This document shows, one piece after another, positions 1 through 9,528 of a DNA stretch of 64,000 nucleotides (position 1 is the first letter of the stretch; every line of letters starts with the position of its first letter). Under the pieces are notes generated by a model. That model saw nothing but the letters and a program-made list of their open reading frames with translations, was not told the origin of the DNA and ran no database searches. Position numbers and translations under genes: made by a program. The stretch covers positions 1 to 64,000 of IMG/VR virus record IMGVR_UViG_3300046514_000687; one strand, written 5' to 3'. Source of the DNA: a virus.

Positions 1-3
1 CAG

Positions 4-747
4 ATGGCCAGCGAGCTGCAGGGCCACGATAGCCTCGCCAAGTACACCCGCCCGGACGGCACGCTGGAGCCCGCGCGCCAGGCCCTCCACGACGCGATCG
101 TCGCCCGCGCTCTCGTCGGCGTCCCCCGCCAGGCCCACCCCACCGCCTACCTCATCGGCGGCGGCGCCGCCGCGGGCAAGAGCACGATGCTGAACAGCGG
201 CGCGGTCACGGTCCCCGCGCGCGGGGCCGCCGTATACGTCGAGCCGGACGAGGTGAAGAACGACCTGCCGGAGTTTAAGGCCGGCCTCGCCAAGCGGGAC
301 CCGAACATCGCCGGCTACGTCCACGCGGAGTCCAGCAACATCGGCAAGCGCGTCCTGAGCGAGGCCATCGGCCGCCACACCGACCTGATCCACGACGCCA
401 TCCACAACACCTCGCTCGGCGCGGTCGAGCAGCGCGTCGCGCGCATGCGCGCCGCCGGCTACCGCGTCGAGGCCAGCTACGCGACCGTCCCGATCCAGAC
501 GGCCGTCGACCGCGCCCAGGCCCGCGGCGAGCGCACCGGCCGCTTCGTCCCGCTCGACGCCATCATGCAGGGCCACGCCGGCGTCGCCGCCATGTTCCCG
601 TCGCTGCTGAGCCACCACGTCTTCGACAAGGTGACGCTGCACGAGACCAGCGGCACGACGCCCCACCTGCTCGCCAGCCAGACCAACGGCCACACCGTCA
701 TCCACGACAGAGCCGGCTACGCGGCGTTCCTGGCGCGGAAGGGCTGA
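4..747 (+). CDS. Zeta-toxin-like P-loop kinase domain; probably the C-terminal part of a longer ORF truncated at the window edge
   Basis: Walker A GGGAAAGKST, then PDEVKxxLPE, VHxESS, GY.V, and RAxxRGERTGRFVP, the layout of zeta/PezT-like kinases. The frame is open to base 1. Confidence 0.75.
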   Translation: MASELQGHDSLAKYTRPDGTLEPARQALHDAIVARALVGVPRQAHPTAYLIGGGAAAGKSTMLNSGAVTVPARGAAVYVEPDEVKNDLPEFKAGLAKRDPNIAGYVHAESSNIGKRVLSEAIGRHTDLIHDAIHNTSLGAVEQRVARMRAAGYRVEASYATVPIQTAVDRAQARGERTGRFVPLDAIMQGHAGVAAMFPSLLSHHVFDKVTLHETSGTTPHLLASQTNGHTVIHDRAGYAAFLARKG

Positions 748-920
748 TGGACTACCCGTCGCTGCTCCGCATGTACCAGGCGCAGACGCTCGGCCTGACG
801 ATGGCTGAGGCGGGGTTCCCGAACACCCTGGAGAACCAGGCCCAGTGGGACCGCTGCGCCGCGCAGATCGCCGAGATCACCGCACGCGGTGGCGTCGTTG
901 AGCTGCCCCAGGACAGCTAG
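747..920 (+). CDS. Small 57-aa protein (MDYPSLLRMY...), candidate antitoxin for the upstream kinase
   Basis: Not in the ORF track; read by hand. Its ATG overlaps the kinase stop (TGATG at 745-749), TAG at 918-920. Function is inferred from position only. Confidence 0.5.
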   Translation: MDYPSLLRMYQAQTLGLTMAEAGFPNTLENQAQWDRCAAQIAEITARGGVVELPQDS

Positions 921-929
921 GAGGCGACT

Positions 930-1073
930 GTGCGGGGCTTCTGGCGCGTGGTCTGGTGCCACCTGGTCCACTCCTGGGACTGGCAGAATCCCCGATGGCG
1001 CGAGGACTACCAGGCGCTGCTCTACCGCTGCCCCTACTGCCGTTGTGAGCGGCAGGCGATGGTGTGGCGCTGA
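930..1073 (+). CDS. Small Cys/His-rich protein (47 aa; C..H.W...CPYC)
   Basis: GGAGG at 920-924, GTG start, and a TGA overlapping the next ATG (1071-1075). Confidence 0.5.
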   Translation: MRGFWRVVWCHLVHSWDWQNPRWREDYQALLYRCPYCRCERQAMVWR

Positions 1074-4000
1074 TGGCCGACCAGTATCTCTTTGACTTAA
1101 CAGTCGGCGGGTACATCGACCCCGCCGGTCGCCCCGTGCCCGTTACAGCGATCAACGCCGCCGCCAGCGAGGTGCAGAGCCGCGCCCGCGACGAGATGGC
1201 CGCCCTCACCAAGCGGCTCGTGGACGGCGACCTCACCCCCGCCCGCTGGGAGCGCCAGGCCAGCGCCATGCTGCGCGAGGCGCACCTCACCGCCACCGCC
1301 CTCGCCGTCGGCGGCTGGGCCCAGGTGCCCGCCTTCGAGGACGACCTGGTGGACCGGCTGACCGGCGAGTTCACCTACCTCGCCGGCTTCCGCACCGCGC
1401 TCCCTGATCTAACGGAAGGCCAGATCGCCGCCCGCGCCGACCTGTACGCCAGCAACGTCTGGGCGACCTACCAGCAGATGCGCGGCGCGCTGGCCGAGCA
1501 GACCGGCATGGACGAGGAGCGCAACGTGACCGACCCCGCGGCCGAGTCCTGCGCCGAGTGCGACGACCTGGAGGCTGACGACTGGGTACCACTGGACACA
1601 CTGCCCGAGGTCGGTGAGCGTGCCTGTCTCGCCCGCTGCCGGTGCACGATCGAGTACCGCGCCGCCGGCGTGGAGGAGAAGCGAGTGCTGGTCGGCGCGG
1701 GCGTGGCGCGGGCCTACAACCCGGACGAGCCGCGCCTCCCCGCCGGTGGTCCCGGCGGTGGGGAGTGGACGAGCGATGGCGGGAGCGACACGGGTGCGCC
1801 TGACTCTCTGGCCACACTCGCCTCAGCGCTCAGTCCGGCGAGCGCTGAGTCCTGGCTCCAACGCGACGCTCACGGCGGGCTGCGCCCCGTAGATGTGGGA
1901 GCCTTGGCGACTACACGGGAGAGCCGGGGCTTCATCGGCACGAGCGGCGCTGGCTACGAGATCACAAGTCAGGCAGTTCACAACCAGATCGGCCAGGAGC
2001 TTGCTGCGGCACACGGCTACCACGGCATAGAGTCGCCCATGACAACCGTGCTGGAGGCCGGCCACCTGATTCGCTACGTCTCGCTGCCCAAGCAGCACGA
2101 GCTGGGCGTCGAGCTGCACGCGCCGCCTTCCGACTCGCAGTGGAGTACGCTGCGGCGGTTTGCAACCAGCCTGCCAGACGCTCGCTTTTTGTTCGATGTT
2201 TACCCCCCTAAGGGAGCGCCCGACTATGCGGCGCGGTTCGGGATCGGAGAGGGGTTCGGCAAGCTGCGCGCCGCGGCAGAACGCGCCTACGGGCCGGTTA
2301 ATGGCGCAGCCCGCGGCCTCTTCCGCGCCTGGGATGAGGCGCAGCACCCCCGCGAGCCCGCCGGCACGAGCGCCGGCGGGGAGTTTGCGGGTGGAGAAGG
2401 TGGCGGCTTGCCTGCGACCGCTCCGGCGACCGGCGAGCGCGACATGGCTGCCAGCCGGTACATCGAGGCCGCCGTTCCGGTCGGGGATGTGGAAGACGAC
2501 ACTCAGACCGGCATCGTTCGGTATGCGGTCGCGCAGGAGCTAGCCTCTGACGTCTACGCTGCCGTGGGCGCCAAGGGGGCGTTCTCGGATCTCGCGGATG
2601 CGACGAAGTGGGTCGACGACCAGATTCGCACCTGGGAAGGCAGCAGTCGGGCAACGCGCATCCTTGGGTTGCACGAGGCGGTGCGCCAGAAGTTCGACCT
2701 GCCTGAGTCCACCATGCGCGGCGTAGCCGACCTCCCGCTTACGCCATCGCCGGAGCAGCGCGCTCTGGTCGATGCCATCTACCGGAATACTCAGGCCCAC
2801 CTCGCCGCGCTCGGGATCAAGGAGCTGACGCTCGTTCGGGGCGGGCTGGTGCAAGATGCGCTGCTACCGCCCGGCATCCGGCACGGCGGTCAGGGCGACC
2901 ACGTGGACGGCACCGCGCAGCTCGCTCCGCTGAACTCCTGGACGAGCCAGCCGCACTGGGCCGAGCGGTTCGCTAACGCCCACGGCCTCGCGCAGGCGCC
3001 GCAAGCCGGCCAACAGCGCACCGCCGTCGTCCTCCAGGCGCGCGTACCAGCAGCGCGCATCTTCAGCACCGGCCGCACCGGGCTCGGCGCTCTCGTTGCT
3101 CACGAGTACGTGGTTCTCGGCGGCCCAACTCCCACGCGCTTCCACGCTGAGGAGCTAAGCGGCGGGTTCCAGTATCGCGCAGCTCGGGCTACGGGGCTTG
3201 TGCCTGTGGATGCGGATCCGGAAAGCCTGGACTGGCTTCGCTGGGCAGTGGCCTACCAGGTGGCTCAGGAGCGCGCCTTCAACCCGGACCAGCCGCGCGA
3301 CGACCAGGGGCGCTGGACGACTAGCGACGACAATAGCCGCGTGAGCGACCTGGCGCCGCCCGGCGAGCCGCCGCCCCACACCGTCAGCAACGACGAGCTG
3401 CGGGGTCTGATCGACTGCGTCTCCGGGGAGTACGCCGACATTCGCCAGCAGGCCGAGCGCGACGACACGGACGCTTCCGCCCGCGAGTACCAGCGCCTCG
3501 GCGACTACCTCCACGCGCTCTACGCCGAGGCGAACCGGCGCGACTTGTTCAAGGCCTACAACCCTGACCAGCCCCGCGACGAGCACGGCCGGTGGACTGA
3601 TAGTGGTGGAACCGTAGTCCCTACGCGCGAGCCGAGCCAGGATGCTGCGGTGGAGGCAGCCCTGTTTGCAGGTGCGTCTACTTCTAGCACCGAGCTAGAA
3701 AAGATCGCTGCCGCGGCGATCGCTGCGCGCATCGAAGCCAACCCCGCTCACGACTCCGCGGCCTTCGACGCAATCTTCCAGAGCCCCTACGACTACGTGC
3801 GGTCGGTCGAGCATGCGTGGCAGCTCGACGCGCAGAGCGTCACGTCTATGCGGTTTGCGGAAGCCGTCGCTCACGCCCTGGATCTCCCGCCGGCGGCCGT
3901 GAGTGCGATGGGTAACCGGGCCGACGCGGGACGCAACGCCGTGCCGATGATGGAGGTGGCTCGCGCGACCTACGCGGAGACCCAGGCGCAGCTCGCCGCT

Positions 4001-7000
4001 GCGGGCCTCCCCAGCGTGGTCCTCTATCGCGGTGTGAACCACTACCACGATGAACTCCCCGCCGGGCTGAAACCCGGCGTGAGTGATAGCCACGCCGATG
4101 TGTCATTCACGGCCCGCCCTCTGACGTCCTGGAGTTCGGACCCCACCGCTGCCGAGCTGTTTGCCCTCCGCCAGCGCAGCTCCGACCGCACCGGCTATGT
4201 CCTGTCTGCACGCGTGCCCGCCAGCCGGATCTTCTCCACCGGGCGCAGCGGGTTTGGCGAGCGCATCGAGCGCGAGTTCCTGGTACTCGGCGGCTCCATG
4301 AAGGCTCGCGCGCACACAGCCCGGACGGCCGGGGGGCAGATTGATGTGACGCGCGCTGCCCCTCGTGAGCCCGTGCTAAACATCGACGCAGACCGCGAGA
4401 ATGCTGACTGGCTGCGCTGGGTCGCGCGTGTGCGCCAGGCGGCCCCCCGCGCCTTTAACCCCGTCGAGCTGGAGTGGGACCCCGCGCAGCACCCGCGTAT
4501 CCCCGCCGGCCAGCCCGGCGCGGGCGAGTTTATCGGCGGCACGGCCAGCGCGCCCGAGGACCCGGCCGCTCGCGCCTGGTACCAGCGCGGCCACGAGGGC
4601 CTGCCCACCCAGCCCGAGGTCAACCGGCTGGCGCGCGAGGTCAGCCGCGGTCTGCGCGCCCAGGTCCCCACCGGCCCCAAGCCGCTGGACCTGATGAACA
4701 TCTGGCACAGCGGCGCGCGCAGTGCCAAGTACCGCGACCTGCGCTCGGCCGTCCAGCAGGAGTTTCACTTGCCTGGCGACTGGGCCACCCACCGTGACCC
4801 CGCTCAGTACAAGCCGCTGGTCCGGGCGATCTACGCTGCTACGCAAAACCAGCTCGCCGCGGCCGGCATCAAGGACGTCACGCTCTACCGCGGCCTGCTG
4901 CTCGGCAACGACACGCTGCCGCCCGGCGTCGGCCCCGGCCGCTCCGGCGGCCACGCCGATACCGTCCACCAGGGGCGCCCGCTGGCCTCCTGGACCAGTA
5001 ACCCCGCCATCCCGCCGGGATTCGCTAAAACCCACCACAAGGACGGCATGACCGCGGTGATCCTCCAGGCGACCTTTCCCGCCAGCAAGGTGTTCAGCAC
5101 CGCCCACACCGGCATCGGCCTGCTGCGCAAAGAGGAGTTCGTTATCCTTGGCGGGCCCCAGCACGTCCGTCTGCATACCCAGGATGCGCGCGGGCGCTGG
5201 GACCTGTATAAGAGCCTGATAGACCACAGTGCGGACGTGGAGAATGACGCCTGGCTCCACGAGGACGACCCCGAGCCGTTGCTGGTCGAGGATCCCGACG
5301 GCACCGTCCACCCCGTTGCTACCCCCGCAGAGCTGGCCGCGGCGCTGGCGGGGATGGGCCTGACGCTCGCGGAGTTCCTCCAGACGCCCGCCGCAGCAGC
5401 GATGCCTGCCAGCCTGCGACCCGCACCGGGTAAAGCGGTCAAGTACTCGCCCGACCAGCCCCGCGACGAACACGGGCGGTTTGCCACAGGTAGTAGCGGC
5501 GATGGCGAAGCCACCAAGCCCAAGCACGACCCGCCGGTGATCGGCGCCGGCCGCGACGCCACCACGCGCCCCGACCCCGAGTACGACCGCCTCCACGCCG
5601 ACCTGCTCCGCCACACCAGCGGCCACCGCATGGACGGCGCGCGCATCGCCACGACGCAGTGGCTGGAGAAACAGCGCGCTGCGGCCGGGATCCCGGACAA
5701 GGGCCAGAAGGTCGCGCTGTGGGGGCTTGCCTGGAACCAGCTCCCCTCAGTAGCCGTCGCACTGGCTCGCTTCTACCAGCAGTACCCTCTAGTTGCGGCC
5801 GACCTGAAGACGGTAGATATCCTGCCCAACCGTCAGTTCCAGGGCGGCACCAAGCAGGTGGTGGCCCATGCCTGGCCCGACGGCCCCGTCAGCCACCTAG
5901 AGGGCAACGGGCTGCGGATGGCACAAGTCGACGACCACTCGCGCGTCCGCAACGGCTGGTTCCCCGAGGGCACGGACAAGGTGCAGGGCATCCTCTGGCA
6001 CGAGCTGGGGCACGTCCTGAACCACCACCTGGACCGCGTAATGGCGACCCGTCCGTTCAACGACCGTGCCGCGGAGGACTGGCGCGACTTCCAGAAGCAC
6101 GAGATGAGCAGCGACCGCCTGTCGCAGTACTCGGTGTCCAAGACCGACCCGAAAGCGAAGTGGCGCGAGGGGTTCGCGGAGTCTTTCGCCCAGTACAACC
6201 TAGCATCTACCGACAAGTGGACCGCCCCGACCTTTAAACTCGCGGCCCTCCTGGAGCATTCCTGGGTCGCGCCGCTGGTCGGCCACCGCAGCAAGAGCGT
6301 GGGCTGGTTCTTCACTCGCGAGTGGGACGAGGCGCAACACCCGCGCGAGCCGGCCGGTAGCCCTCAAGGGGGCGAGTTCGCCGGCGGCGCTGAAGCCGCA
6401 GCCGCTCTCCTCGCTCAGCGCAAGCCCGACCCCTCTGCGCTCCGGGAGACTATCGCCGCAGCCGACGCGGCGGCTGCCGCTGCAGCCGCCCTGAACGGCC
6501 AGTCCGTCGACGACTACAAAGCCTCGGTCGAGGCCAACCTGCGCCGCCTGTATGATGAAGCTGAGATCCACATCCTCCTGCGCGCCGACCGCGTCGGCAA
6601 GCTGCTCAGCGACGGTGAGCTGAAGACCGCCTTCGAGGTGTCTCGCCTGCGGAAGCAGGACGAGAACTACATGGCGTCGCGCAGCCAGATCGAGCAAACC
6701 ATGTTCGGCCTGCCCGCCGATACTCCCGTGGATAACCGCCCAATCTACGGGTCGCTCGCCACCCCCGGCGTCGGGCCGGACATTATCGAGCACGACAGCT
6801 ACGGCGGCACGACGCTGGAGCTGAAGCCTTCCGTCAAGGACCGCGCCACCGCGCTGTGGGGCGACAGCTTCGAGCGCAAGCAGGCTACCGCTGACGGCTC
6901 GGGCTGGTATGCGGCCTCGCCGGCCCCGGTACACGACCCGAAGTGGTACTCGGCGGGCACCTACGCGCGTATTCCGGACGTCGGCGCCGCGGCTGACCCC

Positions 7001-7426
7001 GCGCGCCTGGACACCGTGTCTAACATGAAGGGCGCGGCCTACATCGAGACGCAGATCCACGGCGACGCAGCCCACCCTGCCGTGTCCGTTAGCGATATTG
7101 CCCGCGTCGTCTTCGATAAGCCGCCCTCGGCCAGTGCGGTCAGGGCGCTGGATAAGCTGGGCATCGCCCACGCCTCCTACCAGTTCGAGGCCGAGCCATA
7201 CCCGCCGCACACCGGCCGGCCAGCGGCGCAGGAGTTCGGCCGCCTCCGCGACGCCTACGCCTACCACGGACGCGAGCTGACTATGCTGGCGAAGTTCGGC
7301 GAGCACTACGAGCACTGGACCGGCGACCCGAAGTGGAAGGAGAAGTCCATGAAGTGGCGTGATGACATGCGCCGCTGGCAGGGGGTGACCGAGGCCAGCT
7401 TTGCCAAGTGGGGAGAGCCGCTCTGA
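1073..7426 (+). CDS. MuF-like minor head polyprotein 1: MuF-like domain, unknown domain, ART, small helical domain, ART, ART, HExxH metallopeptidase, DUF3626-like domain
   Basis: The N-terminal domain ends in SCAEC...LP..G.R.CLARCRC, the MuF-type Cys signature. Seven linker repeats, three L[YV]RG...SW[TS]...xxE.VLGG motif sets, WHELGH...EGFAES, and RPIYG...YG...GDS...YIETQIHG. Start placed at the TGATG overlap. Confidence 0.8.
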   Translation: MADQYLFDLTVGGYIDPAGRPVPVTAINAAASEVQSRARDEMAALTKRLVDGDLTPARWERQASAMLREAHLTATALAVGGWAQVPAFEDDLVDRLTGEFTYLAGFRTALPDLTEGQIAARADLYASNVWATYQQMRGALAEQTGMDEERNVTDPAAESCAECDDLEADDWVPLDTLPEVGERACLARCRCTIEYRAAGVEEKRVLVGAGVARAYNPDEPRLPAGGPGGGEWTSDGGSDTGAPDSLATLASALSPASAESWLQRDAHGGLRPVDVGALATTRESRGFIGTSGAGYEITSQAVHNQIGQELAAAHGYHGIESPMTTVLEAGHLIRYVSLPKQHELGVELHAPPSDSQWSTLRRFATSLPDARFLFDVYPPKGAPDYAARFGIGEGFGKLRAAAERAYGPVNGAARGLFRAWDEAQHPREPAGTSAGGEFAGGEGGGLPATAPATGERDMAASRYIEAAVPVGDVEDDTQTGIVRYAVAQELASDVYAAVGAKGAFSDLADATKWVDDQIRTWEGSSRATRILGLHEAVRQKFDLPESTMRGVADLPLTPSPEQRALVDAIYRNTQAHLAALGIKELTLVRGGLVQDALLPPGIRHGGQGDHVDGTAQLAPLNSWTSQPHWAERFANAHGLAQAPQAGQQRTAVVLQARVPAARIFSTGRTGLGALVAHEYVVLGGPTPTRFHAEELSGGFQYRAARATGLVPVDADPESLDWLRWAVAYQVAQERAFNPDQPRDDQGRWTTSDDNSRVSDLAPPGEPPPHTVSNDELRGLIDCVSGEYADIRQQAERDDTDASAREYQRLGDYLHALYAEANRRDLFKAYNPDQPRDEHGRWTDSGGTVVPTREPSQDAAVEAALFAGASTSSTELEKIAAAAIAARIEANPAHDSAAFDAIFQSPYDYVRSVEHAWQLDAQSVTSMRFAEAVAHALDLPPAAVSAMGNRADAGRNAVPMMEVARATYAETQAQLAAAGLPSVVLYRGVNHYHDELPAGLKPGVSDSHADVSFTARPLTSWSSDPTAAELFALRQRSSDRTGYVLSARVPASRIFSTGRSGFGERIEREFLVLGGSMKARAHTARTAGGQIDVTRAAPREPVLNIDADRENADWLRWVARVRQAAPRAFNPVELEWDPAQHPRIPAGQPGAGEFIGGTASAPEDPAARAWYQRGHEGLPTQPEVNRLAREVSRGLRAQVPTGPKPLDLMNIWHSGARSAKYRDLRSAVQQEFHLPGDWATHRDPAQYKPLVRAIYAATQNQLAAAGIKDVTLYRGLLLGNDTLPPGVGPGRSGGHADTVHQGRPLASWTSNPAIPPGFAKTHHKDGMTAVILQATFPASKVFSTAHTGIGLLRKEEFVILGGPQHVRLHTQDARGRWDLYKSLIDHSADVENDAWLHEDDPEPLLVEDPDGTVHPVATPAELAAALAGMGLTLAEFLQTPAAAAMPASLRPAPGKAVKYSPDQPRDEHGRFATGSSGDGEATKPKHDPPVIGAGRDATTRPDPEYDRLHADLLRHTSGHRMDGARIATTQWLEKQRAAAGIPDKGQKVALWGLAWNQLPSVAVALARFYQQYPLVAADLKTVDILPNRQFQGGTKQVVAHAWPDGPVSHLEGNGLRMAQVDDHSRVRNGWFPEGTDKVQGILWHELGHVLNHHLDRVMATRPFNDRAAEDWRDFQKHEMSSDRLSQYSVSKTDPKAKWREGFAESFAQYNLASTDKWTAPTFKLAALLEHSWVAPLVGHRSKSVGWFFTREWDEAQHPREPAGSPQGGEFAGGAEAAAALLAQRKPDPSALRETIAAADAAAAAAAALNGQSVDDYKASVEANLRRLYDEAEIHILLRADRVGKLLSDGELKTAFEVSRLRKQDENYMASRSQIEQTMFGLPADTPVDNRPIYGSLATPGVGPDIIEHDSYGGTTLELKPSVKDRATALWGDSFERKQATADGSGWYAASPAPVHDPKWYSAGTYARIPDVGAAADPARLDTVSNMKGAAYIETQIHGDAAHPAVSVSDIARVVFDKPPSASAVRALDKLGIAHASYQFEAEPYPPHTGRPAAQEFGRLRDAYAYHGRELTMLAKFGEHYEHWTGDPKWKEKSMKWRDDMRRWQGVTEASFAKWGEPL

Positions 7427-9528
7427 TGGTGGCCGTGATCGGGCGCCACGGCGAGGAGGCGCTGCTGATTAGCCTGGAGGACGCGCCGCCCGGCGAGGAC
7501 CACGGCTTCGTGGTATACCCGGCGAAGTTCCGCGCCGGCCCCGTCGTTGGCGTCAGCAGCATTCTTGCGCGCGACCCCGACTGGGAGTGGGTGGATCCGC
7601 CGGACCACGCCGCGGCTCAGGAGCTGCTGGCAGTCCTGCCGCACCCGCCAGTCGCGCCGGCCGCTGAGAAGGCCGTCACCCGCTACAGCCCGGACCAGCC
7701 CCGCGAGCCCGCCGGCTCGCCTGAGGGCGGCCAGTTCGCCGGCGACGTGGGCGGGGCGGGTGGTAGTGCGGCTGACCACCCGCAAGGGCCTACTATTCCA
7801 GAGGCCGGCACCGCTAACGTGGCGGTCAGCCAGCAGGTCACGAGCGAGGACTGGAACGAGGATCCCCGCGAGTACGAGGCCGAGCGCCTAGACCGCCTGC
7901 GCTGGATGTTCGCCGAATCTGGCCTGGAGAACCCCGACCGTGCCGAGACGGTGAGCCAGAACGTTAAGGACATGTGGCACCACGACCACCTAGCGCAACT
8001 CACCTCAGACTTTCGCGCCGCCGCGGCTGCGGAGTTCGGCCTGCCCGGCGCCAAGGAGACGGTCGAGCAGTTCCACAGCGAGTACTGGACGGAGCTGAAG
8101 GCTACCGCGCGCGGGATCTACGACGAGACGCAGCGCCAGCTCCTCAACAACCACGGCGACCTCAGCCACCTGACCCTCTTCCGCGGCATGCAGGTGCCGG
8201 ATGCAGCTGTACCTACCAGCCTGCGCGGGAGCGACGTACACGCCAACGCCACGCTCCAGCTCAAGCCGCTGGACTCCTGGACGACTGACCCCGCGGTGGC
8301 CCATCGCTTCGCTACCGGCACCGACGTCAGTACCGGCATCCGTCCCGGCCACACCGGAGTAGTCCTGCAGGCTCGCTTCCCCATCCAGCGTATCCTGGGG
8401 TGGGACAAAACCGGGATCGGCTTCGGCGGGGAGGCTGAGGTGGTCGTGCTCGGCGGCCCCGCTCATGTGCGGGTGCACCGGACGACCAGCGGGGGCACGG
8501 TAGACGTTACGAAGGCCGCGCCGCTCGACCTGGGCGAGTTCGGCTGGGAGCGCCACAACGACAACTGGCTCTGCACCAACACCGCACTCCAGCGCGCCCT
8601 GCCCGGCTTTGTCCGCGCCTGGGACGAAGAGCAGCACCCCCGCGAGCCGGCGGGGACCTCAGCCGGTGGCGAGTTTGCCAGCGGCGCGGGTGGCAGTTAC
8701 GAGGGCTACCCGGACGGGCCGCGGGACAGCTTCCTGCCGATCAATACTATCGCTACAGCGATGGAGTCAGCTGACCCGTCGCTGTCACCCGGCGATGCCG
8801 TCCAGGCGGCCCAGGACGTGATGCATCGCTGGAACGCTAACCCCAAGGACCCCGCATCCATGCTCTTGATGCTGCAAGCCGCCGAGGTCTTTGGGCTGAC
8901 TGATGCTGAGCCTACGCCGCACAAGCTTCCAATCCCCGAGATTGCCGATCTGCTCATTGCTCCGGTCACCGCGGCCGGTCTGAAGGCGGTGCTGAAGCCG
9001 ATGTACGACGCCACGCAGGCGCACCTGGCGAAGCGCGGGATCGCCGGGGGCACCCTGTATCGCGGCATGATCCTGCCCAGCGCCACGGTCCGGGCGATGG
9101 AGGCCGCGGGCGGGACGCTCCGGCAGCGCGCTCTTTCCTCCTGGACGAGCGACGCTTCCGTCGCTCGCGAGTATGCGGATCCGAAGTATCACCACAACAC
9201 GGACCCGGACATGGTCCCGGTGATCGTGAGTGCCCACGTACCCGCGTCTCGCGTCCTTTCCTCGCCGCAGACGGGTTTCGGCTATGACATGTCAGCCGAG
9301 ATCGTAGTTCTGGGAGGGCCCATTCCCGTGCACGTCCACCGCGTTACGCCCGCCAAAACCGCCGCCTCGGACGGAGCCGCCGCCCGGCCCGTGATCGTCG
9401 AGGACGACCGCGCCGCCGAGTGGCTTCACGCGATGCGCGACCGCCCCCCGGTGCGCTCGTTTACTCGCGAGTGGGACGAGAGCCAGCATCCGCGCGTCCC
9501 CGCCGGCAGCCCCGAGGGCGGGGAGTTT
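1709..9528 (+). repeat. Ten dispersed protein-level linker repeats of two types: [KR]-A/Y-(Y/F)NPDQPR..GR[WF] and R-[AE]-WDE.QHPR.PAG...GGEF
   Basis: Copies begin near 1709, 2324, 3272, 3551, 4448, 5432, 6311, 7669, 8611 and 9451. Confidence 0.9.

Noticed and set aside
7408-7428. A frameshift or sequencing error splitting one giant polyprotein
   Set aside because: The clean TGATG overlap with an upstream GGGAGA matches the coupling used across this genome, so two genes is the simpler reading. Read data could still overturn this.
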